From the NCBI RefSeq assembly GCF_033153115.1, contig NW_026889792.1:2728001-2792000 (forward strand): a DNA stretch of 64,000 nt. Direction: 5' to 3'. Positions within the stretch are counted from its first letter, which is position 1. Each line of letters opens with the position of its first letter. A program made the translations under genes and the position numbers. The stretch is from Saccostrea echinata (Eukaryota). The notes beneath the pieces were generated by a model. It was not told the DNA's origin. It did not search any database and worked only from the letters and a program-made list of their open reading frames with translations. This document shows, one piece after another, positions 41,098 to 53,615 of the stretch.

Positions 41098-41535
41098 ATA
41101 AAAAGGTGTTTATTAATGTCTCATTGAAGGATTTACGCAAATTTTAAAGATAATTTTTGTATATTCTTAAGCCGTTAGGGTCGTTAGTCTTATATCTGCA
41201 TGGAAGATTTGAAGTCTTTGTTGTAATGTAGGATGAAAGTTGATATTAGGTAACTTATGCAATGCTTTGTCCTATAAGTAGTCTTTATAATTATCTTATG
41301 CTAGGCTTGTGAAATACATCTTTTTTTCCACTTTCATTATTCGGTGATAGGTCCATAAATTATATATTGTCTTTGTCTGAAAAGACAATCCGTGTATCTT
41401 TAGAATTTTTTTTTGATTATTGATCAAAAGCTGCACATATGATTTATACACTAATATAACACAAAATCGTGGGAAAATGATACCGGGTTATGTTTGACAT
41501 CTCGACTAGTACGTAATGTTTTTATTTATAGGGTT

Positions 41536-42825
41536 TTTTGGCTATACTGGTCAGAGACCAGGACCCAAGATCATAAACTGAGAATAGACTTAAGTCAAAA
41601 TTTATATTTTGAATATCTCAGTTTTTATTCAACACACATGCTTAAAAACTTGCAGGTTTGGGTAATATCATAATACACACATAAGATGAAAATTTTGCTT
41701 TATTCTTTTATCTATTCTAAAAACTATGCTTATTTGAAATTTTTACTCAGTTTATTCTCAGTTTATGGTCTTGAGGCCAGAAGAGCTTATGCGATAGTAA
41801 GGTGACGGTCATCCGTCTGGCTGTCTGTCCGCCTGTAAACAATTTTTCAAAATGCTACTCCTGCTACAGTTCTGGTCAGATTTCAATTGAACTTGGCATA
41901 AGTAGACTACACTAAGATACATAATTCTGTGTATCAGTTTTTTGATGTCGATAGACGGTGTTGCCATGGTTACTAAAAATAAAAATTTCATTGAAATACT
42001 TTCAAAACGCTACTCCTGCTACAGTTTTGGTCTGATTTCAGTATAACTTGGCATACAAGTAGACTACATTAAGATACATAATTCTGTATACCAGTGTTTT
42101 TTTTTTTTATTTCAATGAACGGTATTGCCATGGTTACTAAAACTAGAAATTTCTGTGAAATTCTTTAAAAAACGTTACTCCTCCTTCAGGTTTGCTCCAA
42201 TTTCAATATAACTTGTACACAGGTAGACTACACTAAGATAATAAACTCTGTTTATCGTTTTTGGTTTCAATTAACGGTTTTGTCATAGTTACTTAAAATA
42301 AAAATTTCTATGAAATTCTTTCAAAAACGTTACTCCTACACTTTTGCTCAAATTTTAATATTACTTGGCACACAAGTATACTACACTTAGATACATAATT
42401 CTATATATCGGTTTTTGATTTCGATGAAGGGTGTTGCCATGATTACTAAAAATAGAAATTTCTCTGAAATATTTTCAAAACGCTACTTTTCCTATAGTTT
42501 TGGTTTAATTTCAATATGACTTGGTACAAGTTGATTACACTAAGATACATAATTCTATATATCGGTTTTTGATTTCGGTGAAGTGTTGCCATGGTTACTA
42601 AAATCGAAAATTCTGTAAAATTCTTTTTAAAAGGCTACTCCTCCTACAGCTTTAGTCTAATTGCAATAAATCTTGCCTGGACAAAAAGAGACTAAACCAA
42701 GGATCATTATTCTATGTATTGTGTATTGCTGTTGAAGAATTTCAAGTCCAAGTGCTACTTTTCTCTTTCTTTGTTATTGAGTACAAATTAGTAAAGCTAC
42801 AGTCTCGTCAGAGACTTCTGGTTTA
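41536..42825 (+). mobile_element. HINE-like element with ~158-bp tandem array
   Basis: 5' hairpin ctggtcagagaccag (split by a MITE), (gtct/gtcc)n, ~5.5 units aaaacgctactcctgctacag..agactacactaagatacataattct..gttgccatggttactaaaa, and 3' hairpin agtctcgtcagagact. Confidence 0.8.
41562..41777. mobile_element. Small MITE with CAG TSD (Harbinger-group-like)
   Basis: Imperfect TIR gacccaagatcataaactgagaata / tattctcagtttatggtcttgaggc; cag at 41559-41561 and 41778-41780. Confidence 0.8.
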
Positions 42826-43687
42826 AAAAGTAGTTTTGAATTTAACTGAGAAAGAAATCTTGTTTCTCGGTTTTTATAAATCTGTGTAATTTAAAACCAA
42901 TACTTAGTTAAAATGTTACCTTTGTGTTCTCCTGCTTAACATTATGTAAATAAAGAAGGTATTTTAAATTTGCTTCAAAACTTCTATGCTACAATAATTT
43001 ACTTTTGATTTGAAGCAATTAATTTTTTGCAAAAAATAAAATCTAAAAGATAAATAAAACGTTGGTTATTTTAAAAGTTAAAATAGAAAGAAAAGTTCGC
43101 CCAGTGAGATGCAAGTTCTAAGTAAAAACATCATTATACTAATTGGAGAAACTCTGAATTACATGTACAGTGTAGTGAAGGATAAACAACATTTGTATTT
43201 ACATTTGATGGTATAATATAGAAGGGGCACTATCTACAGTTACCAATGGTTTATAATGGGCATTCATGCTGAAGTAAACTTCAATAAAGTCAGCTAATAA
43301 ACGAGTATTTAGAGCATGGAGGTTTGCTTAGGCATATCTCTTTGGCTCGCTCTCACTTCAGTTTAATAAGCATAATTTTCCAATTTATACTGGAATAATT
43401 CAACAGAAATAGATACAGTGGATAGTAATAAGATACCCATCTCCTCAGATAATTTTATTGGATTATACACGACAAAGCCAGGGTTCAATACCTTGATAAT
43501 CTGAGTTGTCGCTGTCCATAACAAAGCTCATCAGTTCTCTGCAAATTGCTAACCCGAGGTATATATATATTTTTATTAAGCAAGAATTATCATATGGAAG
43601 TCACATTTGCTTTTACTAATATAAAGATTCACAGATAGGTTGAACATTTGTTCGAACGAGAATTTTTCACTCATATCGTGATAAGCT

Positions 43688-43712
<25 letters not shown>
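43688..43712. repeat. (GA)n microsatellite within a decayed SINE tail
   Basis: About 12 GA units flanked by cgagaatttttcactcatat. Confidence 0.85.
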
Positions 43713-43718
<6 letters not shown>

Positions 43719-43948
43719 TATGAAATTTAAACCTATTCTGTTGATCTAAGTAAAATGAAGGGAGGGTCCTTTACCATGTCAGCGCCGTCTATGACACAGG
43801 ACTCATGGGATTAATAATAATAATAATTGCCCTCTTTTAGGGACTTCATGTAAGGAAACAAGCACGAAACAAATAGTAGGTCATCAATGGCGCCCATCAT
43901 TTAAATCCTGATTTGAGGTGGCGGGGTGTTTAATTCGGCTTGGTGTAA

Positions 43949-44614
43949 AATGTGGAGGATGGAGGCTCCAAAATGGATTGTCAGAAAGTGCAAGGGGTGG
44001 AGCCTCTTGGGTCAGATGATGCAAGGGGTGGAGCATCTTGTTGCTTGCTTATTAGATACGTCAACACAATACATTTTCAATGAGAACTTGTTATAGAATG
44101 CCACATTATCCAAACAATTGAAAGATAATTCCTTTGAATTTGACTGAATAATTTTTTTATGACGAAACTCAATTTTGTGTAGACCATTTGACAATATCTT
44201 TATGAAGTATGTCAATGAGAAACAGGTAAGAAACAGTGAAACAGTTTACTAGTATGACCCTCACATGTCAATAACAGAGACTGAATGGAACAGAAACAGC
44301 ATCAAAATTGTTTGCTGTCATTTTCTTTTCTCAAGAAAATAAGAAACAACAAAATGAGATTCAGTCATACAGCCTGTGCTTTTGATTTAAATTTTGTTAG
44401 ATAACAGATGCTGTGTGCCTGGGAAACATTTAACATTGGTAAGATTTATGTCCCACTGCTATCCCACAGTAACTCATGAAGTCTTGACAGATTTAATTAG
44501 GTCCTAAACTGAAGAAAGATTAAATATATAAACAAAATTTGTAAAAATTGACATAGGATGCTCCACCCCTTGCACTTTGTGACACTCCATTTTTGGAGTC
44601 TCCATCCTCCGCAT
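43949..44614. mobile_element. Non-autonomous element with ~55-bp imperfect inverted repeats
   Basis: aatgtggaggatggaggctccaaaatggattgtcagaaagtgcaaggggtggagc versus gctccaccccttgcactttgtgacactccatttttggagtctccatcctccgcatt. Confidence 0.7.
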
Positions 44615-45167
44615 TGTTCCTCTGAGTACTTTGATTTATATTTAAAGTAAGTGTGAAGCAAACAACATTATTTGCTGTTTATACATTCATAGTAGAAAAA
44701 TTGTTTTAAGAAAAATCTGTGCAAACTCATCATTGAAATATAATCTTTCATATTGAAAATGCATGGCATGTCATAAACGAAATAGATTGTTTTATATTAA
44801 TAGTTCCATCAGCTCGTCTACTAGTATATATTTGTCAATCTTTTGACATTAATAACCACACCAGTTAGAGTTATACATTTATAACCCATTTGCATCTCGT
44901 GTGATCTCTGAACTCTTACTTTGTGTCCTTATTTGGTTGTTCATATCCCAGAATGAGTGGCTAATATAGGTCAGAATGGGGAAGGCAATATAATTAAAAG
45001 TATTAGTTTTTGTGAAGTGTGCAGACTTAATAGTTTATATGTATCAATTTTAATCCAGAGATAGGGTCATCATATTAATGTTCACCAAATATGGACACTT
45101 TTTCCTTAAAACGAGAAATGTTTTAATGTTGAACACATTAAAATTATATTGAAGAGATATTATTTAT

Positions 45168-46124
45168 TAGGGATGTCAACGAATAGTCGACTATTCGACC
45201 ATCAGTCGAATGGACCGACGATCGAATAATGAAACGACATTCGACTATTACCATTATAATTAAATAAATGCAATAAATGAGTAATATCAAGATGGAATTC
45301 TCATCACAAAACTGAGAAAATGTCTTTCCTCAGAGACAGCCGATAAGATGATTTTTCTAAACAAAAAAACGGTTGATTTTCCCTGTGCGTATAGAAATAC
45401 TGTTATGTACTTATAAGTGCTTCACTAATGCGAGAAGTATTTGTCAGTAACGGCCTGTGTTGTTTTTGTAATAAATTTCTAATAAAATGGGCTTTGTTTG
45501 TAAAAATATTAAATGGACGTATACCATGTACCAATTATCTTTTGTTACCTTAAGATTGCTCAAATGCAAGGAACAAACCATAGCTGTGACATATTTTGAC
45601 ACGTCGATATAAATTACTAAAAAAATTCGCTTACATTTTAAACTGATTAAGGACATTTTGATAGCCAGAGCAATTAATAATTGAATAAGTAGTATCTAAC
45701 TGTTTAACAATTTCATAGGCACCTGACGTGTAAAAAGTGTGAGGTTAACCCCCTCCCCCCAATTTATTTCAAAATAAGCTTTAAAAAATATCGGCTGTCA
45801 ATTTTTTTAATGCTTACTAAAATAAAAATTGACTGCATGACTGTACAGACCGATTACTGATTTCTACTGAAATCATACATTTTGGAGAATTAGGTTTCTA
45901 AATTTATTTCATATAATCATGCTATCCACGCGTTACGCTGTATTACTTTTAATGGTACTTTTTAAATATATTTAAGTAAAAGGGTTTTTGAGTTATAAAT
46001 ACGTCATGTAGCAGTAAAGTTTGAAATTTTTTTTCTTTCCAGAAAATATTCCGGATATTCGACTATCGTTCGAATAATGCAATCGAATAATCGACTAAGG
46101 AAAATAAATATTTTGACATCCCTA
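45168..46124. mobile_element. hAT-type MITE
   Basis: 12-bp TIR tagggatgtcaa/ttgacatcccta, perfect 8-bp TSD ttatttat (45160-45167 and 46125-46132), subterminal tcgacta/tcgaata repeats. Confidence 0.92.
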
Positions 46125-47349
46125 TTATTTATACATTGACTGACCATGACATGGAAAAAAACTGTATTCCATTTTCATATTTTCAAATGAAATGTAAAGC
46201 TGAACAATAAATATGTTCAAAAATCCAATGAAACAATACAAATTGTGAGCAGAGACTGGCCATATCCGCCTTGTGCTATTTGACATGATCATGTAAACGG
46301 AGAAATGTTGGTAAAAGACGAAACTTAAAAATTTAGAAAAAAAATGTCTTGTGGAAAAGAGAATAGAAAAAATACATTGTATTTACCAGTTCAGCATATT
46401 ATAAAAGGAGATGTTTCTTAATTATTTTGACTTGGAAGGTTTTCATACACGAGAGGCATTACATATGAATCAGTGCAGAGTGGAGATTTGGATCATTAAG
46501 TTATCACACAGAGGAAATACATGTATTATTAATAATGATCATCTGGTTATTATAAAGAGGATATATTGTTAATTTTTGCCTATTTATCGGATATATTACC
46601 AATTTTTAGTAAAATTAAAAAAACAAAACAAAAATATCTGATGAATCGGTAAAATTATGTTATCAATTCATCAGAGATATTATTGTTTACATTGATAATT
46701 AGGTTTCATTGTTAACACTGAACAAGTTATCTGATTATCCTGTTGGAATTACATTGTCTCTATATTGACCAGTTTAGAGGGTTGTCAACATAAAGAACAG
46801 TGTTGTTTAAGTGACCGAAAATACATGTATTTATCAGATTATCATTGAGAGACATAGATTATATTGAACAATTTATCAGGTTATCATAAAAAAAAAAGAA
46901 AAGAAAAAAATAGAGAAAAAGTTCACATTTTGTAAACCAGAAGATTTTCACGTGAGTACCTCACCACCATGAAGAAACAGACTAGAAATGTCACTGATGA
47001 ACCTATTGCATGGTGTCGGAGAAAATCTGGAAGTAGGGGAGGGTTTACTTACTATATATTTTATAAAGAAAGTGAATGGAATTATGTGCTGAGAAAAATG
47101 ATAAATTAGAAAGTTTATGTTATGTATTGTTACTTTGCATCGGACATGTTGTCTACATTAAAAAAAACCATTTAATCAAAATGATGTCAGTAGCATTTGG
47201 TCCATTGCATATTATTACACTGAAATTGGATTACTAAATAACTCGTTTGAAAAAATAGTATTGGATATTTTATAATGTAGGCCTCACATAAAGTTCATAA
47301 TAGTTATTTGATATTTGAAAGTATAATAATAATTGAAAGAAAAAGTTGA

Positions 47350-47679
47350 TTGATTGTATGTTGTTTTACGTTCCATTCGAGAATTTTTCACTTATATAGA
47401 GACGTCAGCATATACCGGTGAAGGGCTTCAAATTTAGACCTTTACTCGGCACTCATGGCCATTGAGCAGTGAGGGTTCTTTTTCGTGCCAACGCCCACCG
47501 TGACACGGGATCTCGTTTATTTAAGGACCCGCAACTTTCACTTCGAAGTGCCGAGCGCTTGGAGAAGGAATAGTTGCTACCTATTATTTATCGACGTTGG
47601 TCAGTCGCGGCCGTGATTCGAACATACGACCTTCCGATCACGGAGCGAGAGCTCTACCGACTGAGATACCGTGACGGTA
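47350..47679 (-). mobile_element. tRNA-derived Meta/Deu SINE
   Basis: Same family as 21860-22212; TSD aaagaaaaagttga at 47336-47349 and 47680-47693. Confidence 0.9.
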
Positions 47680-47689
47680 AAAGAAAAAG

Positions 47690-48070
47690 TTGAAGATAAC
47701 GAGCAGTGATCACTCTTATAAATCCTCGTACATTTTAAATCCAATTGAATCGTGATCAAAAGCAAAAACTCGAACCCCTGGAAACACCAGAGGTGGGACC
47801 AAGTGTCTAGGAAGAGAGAGCATCCCCTGCCGACAGGTCACACCCTCTGTATTGATTCGGTAATTGGCGAATGTATAGTCAAAATTAGTTTAAAACAATG
47901 GCCTAACAGTTGGTCAATCAAAATACTATCTAACTGAACAGTAAGTCGCATTTGCAAACAAGGTCAATATGACGTCCAAAACAATTTGTGAATTGCTGAC
48001 TTTAAACGAGATAGAAGAAAGTATTGTAACATCGACTTATTTGTCAATAGCCTGCCTCGGTATAAATTCT
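47690..48070 (-). mobile_element. 3' end of a related Penelope-like subfamily
   Basis: gaagataacgagcagtgatc..accagaggtgggaccaagtgtctaggaagagagagcatcccctgccgacaggtcacaccc. Confidence 0.75.
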
Positions 48071-49426
48071 TGTAAAAATAGCAGAAACGAGAAACACACA
48101 AATCCTAAAATTCAACTTGAATTACACTTGAAAAGAACAATGAAATTCACCACACAAAAAATCTACTGAATTTAACGTGAAAAAACGTGAATTGCAGGAT
48201 TGCATACAATTTATATGAGGCATATATATAGCTATGGTGAAAGTTAATGATCACAAGCATCATATGCACTCATATTAATACTCCCTGATGTGTCTTCACT
48301 CTCGAAAAGGAGGCTAAAGACACTTTTTTCATCTTCAATTGCCAATATGATTATGTATGAATTATACATTTTTAGGTTATTAAATATTGATAATGACTCA
48401 ATGAAAATACTATAAAGAAATTGACTTTCAAGAGGAGATAGTTATAGTTCTCAACGCACTATCTAAAGCAGACAAAATGAAAAGCCATTCAACTCCTTAC
48501 ATCATTAACGATGTATTCACCGCTCGGAGTAACTCTAAAAACAAGAATAATAATGTTCATATGTAATATGGAACTTCTGTGTGAATTCGTTATTTTCATA
48601 AAATAAACATGATGCATAAAACCAGAAAAAAGTTATAAATTGTAAAATCCATTTTATTGAAACTTTTATATAAGTTGTTTGTTCACAGAACAACTACATT
48701 GTATAGAGTATATTGAAATTTATCTTATTTTTCTCATCAAGTTGAAATTATTATTGTAATTTATTTTATATATTTTCAATGAAAAAAAATTGTTGAAATG
48801 CAGTTTTCAAACTGGCAGTTGCTATGCTGGTAATTGATAAACATAACATCAGAATGTCGCTTTATAGGAACCTTTTGATCTTCTTCTGTCGCAGAACTTG
48901 GTCATCCTCAGCAGTTGGTCAAGACATTAATCAGAGTGTTCAAATATTGGACGTGACATATAATAACGAATGATCAACAGGTCCTCGTCGTTTATTACTT
49001 TTACTCTATCAACACATTGACTCGGAATCAATGCCACGGATTGATGGCTTTTCCGGAGGGAGTTTGTACAATATTTTCCCTGTAACTTTAGTCCGTCCAT
49101 GACGAATGTAGCTGGAGGGCTGAGACTTCAAAGAATGGAGGCGTAGTTAATGGCGCGTAAAACATTGAAAAACCAATAGTGATTCAATGGCATTACAGAA
49201 TCGAATGTATGTGATCTTCACATTTCTTATTCAGAAGAAATCTTAGACTGGTTTGTTTTCATTATAATTCAAATAATTCACTAACACCATTACATATTAT
49301 TCGTCTATTAATTTTCCATCTGAAATTGGAAATGATATGGAAATTGTCATGAATCCTTTCCAGATTGAAAATATTAATAAATACCAAAATGAATGCACTA
49401 CTTGTGAATACCTGTAAACTACTTAT

Positions 49427-49585
49427 TTAAGAGATTAATTTATTTTTTGAGAATTCATGGGGACATGAACTACGACGCTTCACGCCCGCATATTTCATGA
49501 AGCGCTTTATGCAAGCGTGAAGCGTTGTAGTCCATGTACCTCTTGAATTCTCAAAAAATTAAATTCATATCTTATATTTACATTA
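49427..49585. mobile_element. Long inverted repeat, Crypton-like non-autonomous terminus
   Basis: Arms of ~50 bp at 49437-49485 and 49515-49565 (gagaattcatggggacatgaactacgacgcttcacgc / gcgtgaagcgttgtagtccatgtacctcttgaattctc). The family is inferred. Confidence 0.6.
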
Positions 49586-50031
49586 TTTTTCTGATGACTT
49601 GCCACATATATTTGTCATTCAACAATCATTTTTGAAAAAAAAAATATTGCACTATTTTTTTTACTTCAATCACATCACAATGGAAATATTCTTACTCATC
49701 CCACGGTAGTTTATGAGAAAACGAACTTTTTCTAATTTGCAAAGAATCTTTATTTAAGGAAAAATATTTGGAAATGTAATTATTGTGTAGATAATCAAAA
49801 AGGTAATTTTTACAAACTCAAACTGCAGAACATAAACTGCTAAATAATGGTACATCTTCAAGAATTACTTGCTCCAAGGAAATTCGATGTGCAGTTTTTG
49901 GAATAGTTGTTTATTTTTTTACCCGCACTCTCTAAAGAAAGAGCACTGTATCCTGGTCCATCCGTCTGTAACTATCTTCTTCCTCAAACCCGTCTTACAT
50001 TCATCTTTTGAAATATACGAAAGCCCATTAA

Positions 50032-51106
50032 GGATACACCAAAGGCTTTTTTCAAGATTTTCAACAATTTTGAGATTTTTGGCTAAGAAAAAGAAGTTAA
50101 TGCTTTATAATGCATGTAAAATTCTTGATAATAATGAAATGGTTTTCTAATTATTTAACAATAATGAAACATAAACACTACCACATGTGAATGTTCCGTT
50201 ATTGAAGCTTCTGATTTGATCTGTGACTGCCTGCTCATGAAAGACGCAATAAATCACTGTGACCACTTGGGGAATTCTTCACTAGCCGCACAGAGGTTAT
50301 CAGTAATTAAACTACAGGGACTCTAGACTTAGAGAAGGGGAACAGATCACTGAAGACCATAAAATAGGAGGTGGAGCTTAGCTCTTGCTATTTTGCCGGG
50401 AAATCTTTCTGATTCAGAATTGAACCTATTTTACTTCATTAAAAGCATCTAAATACAGAAAAGAACCTCCCAATCTTGTGAATATGCATAGGAAATATGG
50501 CTAAGTGACAGATATTCAAAGCTGAATCTCCAAGGTGTCATATATTCCTAGCTTTGGCAGATTTTGTTGTGTAATGGGTTTTTGTCCTCTACTGTAAAGT
50601 AAAATCAGACAGTTTGTGGTATTATTTCAAAGGATTCAGCTCCCTTATTTATTGACCAATTTCTCTGAAAAATGGAAGGATTGCTTCTCAAATGTGTGTT
50701 CAGAAAACCGTATCTCAGATTTTGATGTCCAGCTTAGTTTTGGAATTACTGAGGGAAATGTTAAATTAGGTTAATAAAAGTGCAACTGGCTGTAACTTTT
50801 GAATTAGAAGATTTATCAAAAATCTTAGATACAGTTTTTAAGTTCAATCTTTAATCTACCTTGAGGCAAAATGACGACTTTGAGGGGTTAAATACAAAAA
50901 AGTTGATTTAAAAAATATTTATACGCTAAAATTTACATAATATCTAAATAATTTTTAAATAAGTTATTAATTAAAGTTTAAATTAGGATAATTAAAAGTA
51001 AATTTAACAAGCTTTCAAATGATATATACTTTTATTATGTTATCTTTGATAATGAAAGAATTACATGCATATTAAATTCTGGCATTTGGAAACCTTTGGT
51101 GTATCC
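50032..51106. mobile_element. Kolobok-like non-autonomous DNA transposon
   Basis: TTAA TSD on both sides and perfect 14-bp TIR ggatacaccaaagg. Confidence 0.88.
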
Positions 51107-51136
51107 TTAAGCTCATTTTCGTAGGTTAAAATTTTT

Positions 51137-51250
51137 TTCGAGTTATAACACAAAACTTCAGCGAATAAACGCGTAACTTTCGCGTTATAACGCGAAACTC
51201 GCGTTATAACGCGTAACATTCGCGAATAAACGCAAAACTTTCGCGTTATC
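51137..51250. repeat. 21-bp tandem repeat (ttcgcgttataacgcgtaact)
   Basis: About 5 palindrome-containing units; probably a transposon subterminal array. Confidence 0.8.
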
Positions 51251-51960
51251 TTCATTCTGCTAAACGATCAGGAAAAAAAAAAATGCAACGCGCTAGAGTA
51301 CAATGTATATTTAATTTTAGCACATCAATATTTCACACTATAATAGAGTATGTAAAGAACTATCTGTAAATCCTATATTAACACAATTGTTTTAATATAC
51401 GATGTTTTTCGTGCGAAGGCAGACTATTAAGTATTTTTGCCTAGCGCTTACATATCGAGAAAGAGTGCTCGACATGACCAAAAACGATCATAAAAAAGAT
51501 ACTTTCAGTATCTTTTATATGAAAAAGTATAAGTTCCGTGGAACATTTTTTTTTTAAAAAAAAAAAAAAAAGGTCTTTTCAAATTTTACTCTTCTGCAAA
51601 CACCGGATAGCATAAACTGAGTAACCTCTGTTTGATATAAATGCCAAAATCATGTCACATTTAAAGGAAGTGGAAGATTTAAAAAAAATCAAAGTAATGT
51701 GATACAACCTTCAACACAGCAATATAAGTAGAAATACAGAACAATGTCATAAGTCATGATAGTCACCATAATTTGCTATGAATCAATATATCTGTATTGA
51801 CAATACATTAAAAAATAATTTCTTGTCATTAAGCATACCATAAATTCTACAGTTTTACTTTCAAATAAGAATATGACACTATTACATATGGTTAATATTT
51901 AGACTGGATCTCTAGAATAGAAAAAGAGAGCCTAGAACAGGAATTATTTAAAAATTATAC

Positions 51961-51991
<31 letters not shown>

Positions 51992-52502
51992 AAGGGGAGG
52001 GGGGTATAAGGATGATGACCAAATTTGGAGTACATGATACAAAAGCAGTTTCAGAACAAAAGCAAGGCATCCAGTTGGACAAAAATTACAAGGGCATTAA
52101 AAATAATACCAGTAATTGGAATTTTTGAAGATAATTTCACACTATCTTATATTCTGCCTTTTGTAGAAAAATAAATCAAGAAATGATTATAGGACACCTC
52201 CCCAGAAATACCAATTCCTTGGTCTAGGTTCCCATGTTGTCCAAATATAATATAATTGTACTTCTTTACAGAGTTCAAAAGTAATGGAAAACAGTGAGAG
52301 GACATTTAAATTAAAATAGATCTATCCCAAACCCTGATGTGAAATTTCATCAACCCTAATATTATATACTTATGTAATGTATATAATGCCTTATTAAATT
52401 AAACATCTGTTTCCTTCACAAATGATGCATGTCAAAGAATAGATGTCAAATAAGGAAAGATGCTAAAACTCATTTGAAGGTTAAGATAAAAAGTTAACAA
52501 AT

Positions 52503-53192
52503 CTAGATGTCATGTAGCGGTGGTCCTGTGTAAACTGAACTGTCACACCAAAAATCTCTCGGTTCATCAATTTCATTCAACCACTGGACATGTAAATCAT
52601 TTAATTCATCAGTCTCCTCCAAAAGTGTATAATACTGACATGTTCTTGTCATAGTTTCATAGTCATACGGTGGAGCCAAAATGTCCAAGAACGCTGCCAT
52701 ATCACCAATGGCTTTGATTTCATGAAAATTACCGGATTCCGGTGTCAGAACGCAACATTCATCCTCCTCCGATAAACACGCACTGTCCTTTTTATTCACA
52801 GGGATTACATTAGAAAAAGGAAGGGTATTCATTTTCCTCCGTAATACGTCATCCGACAAAACCGCCCTACTATAGCTTTCAACTTTCATTTCTCCATGAA
52901 TAGTTTTACATAGACCATACATCCCTGGATGATCATGGAGGGGCAACTTTGCGCCTTTTCTCATAACGAAAATGCCAACACTCATCACTTTGTCCTCGTA
53001 CAGCTTAACATAAGTAACAGGTGCTTGTCTTCCCCGAAAGTTCGACGCATCGAAGTCGACATCGGATGCTCTGATTTGATTCAGAAGGGATTTAATTGGC
53101 GACAAGGTCCCTGCATCAACATTCACCCCTTTTGACAACTTAGAAAACGTCGAATGCGCAAGTTTTAGAACCTTTTGTATTGGAAATGCCAT
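52503..53192 (-). CDS. ADO: 2-aminoethanethiol (cysteamine) dioxygenase / N-terminal cysteine oxidase, intronless, 229 aa
   Basis: APVTY, MSVGIF, LPLHDHPGM (two metal-binding His), LTP..GNFHEI (third His), AAFLDILAPPYD, CQYY, FWCDS..Y.GP. First ATG is at 53192; the ORF track start at 53225 is a TTG. Confidence 0.95.
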   Translation of the reverse strand: MAFPIQKVLKLAHSTFSKLSKGVNVDAGTLSPIKSLLNQIRASDVDFDASNFRGRQAPVTYVKLYEDKVMSVGIFVMRKGAKLPLHDHPGMYGLCKTIHGEMKVESYSRAVLSDDVLRRKMNTLPFSNVIPVNKKDSACLSEEDECCVLTPESGNFHEIKAIGDMAAFLDILAPPYDYETMTRTCQYYTLLEETDELNDLHVQWLNEIDEPRDFWCDSSVYTGPPLHDI

Positions 53193-53615
53193 ATTTACCA
53201 GATCAGATGGGCCCAGAATGCCCAATTTGAAAGTGAAAGTAAAATTAAGAACAGATTTTAGTAATCTGTACGTAAATCTTTCGTATTCATCAAAAATTGT
53301 ATAGGATGATCGATCATGATTCAGTCGAATACCTTTAGGATTAAACTAACCATGCTAACATACAATCAAACTTAATGATGGGTCATTTGACCGTTTTAAA
53401 GTACGTGTTTATTATAAGGATTTAAAAAGGTTTGAATACATCGAATGTTTGCAAAACATTGTGCAACACTGACTGCCAACAGTCCAGAAACGGCTCAGAA
53501 CAGTCTGAACACTGAAGAGTCTAGGCCCAAATGAAAAAATGTGCCAGAAGCCATAACAGGACATACAACTGTAAAATTAAAATCTTATTGAGCCGTTGAA
53601 CTGAACGTGCAGAAA
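53193..53615. promoter_or_regulatory. Probable bidirectional promoter, ADO/FBXL6
   Basis: Only 423 bp separate the divergent start codons. Confidence 0.65.

Noticed and set aside
51964-52004. Poly-T/poly-G tract as a G-quadruplex element
   Set aside because: Similar homopolymer tracts recur in the window (6546-6569, 24537-24548, 37092-37104) and their lengths are error-prone; no evidence of function.
53193-53225. N-terminal extension of ADO given by the ORF track
   Set aside because: It begins at TTG; the first ATG (53192) gives a normal-length protein.
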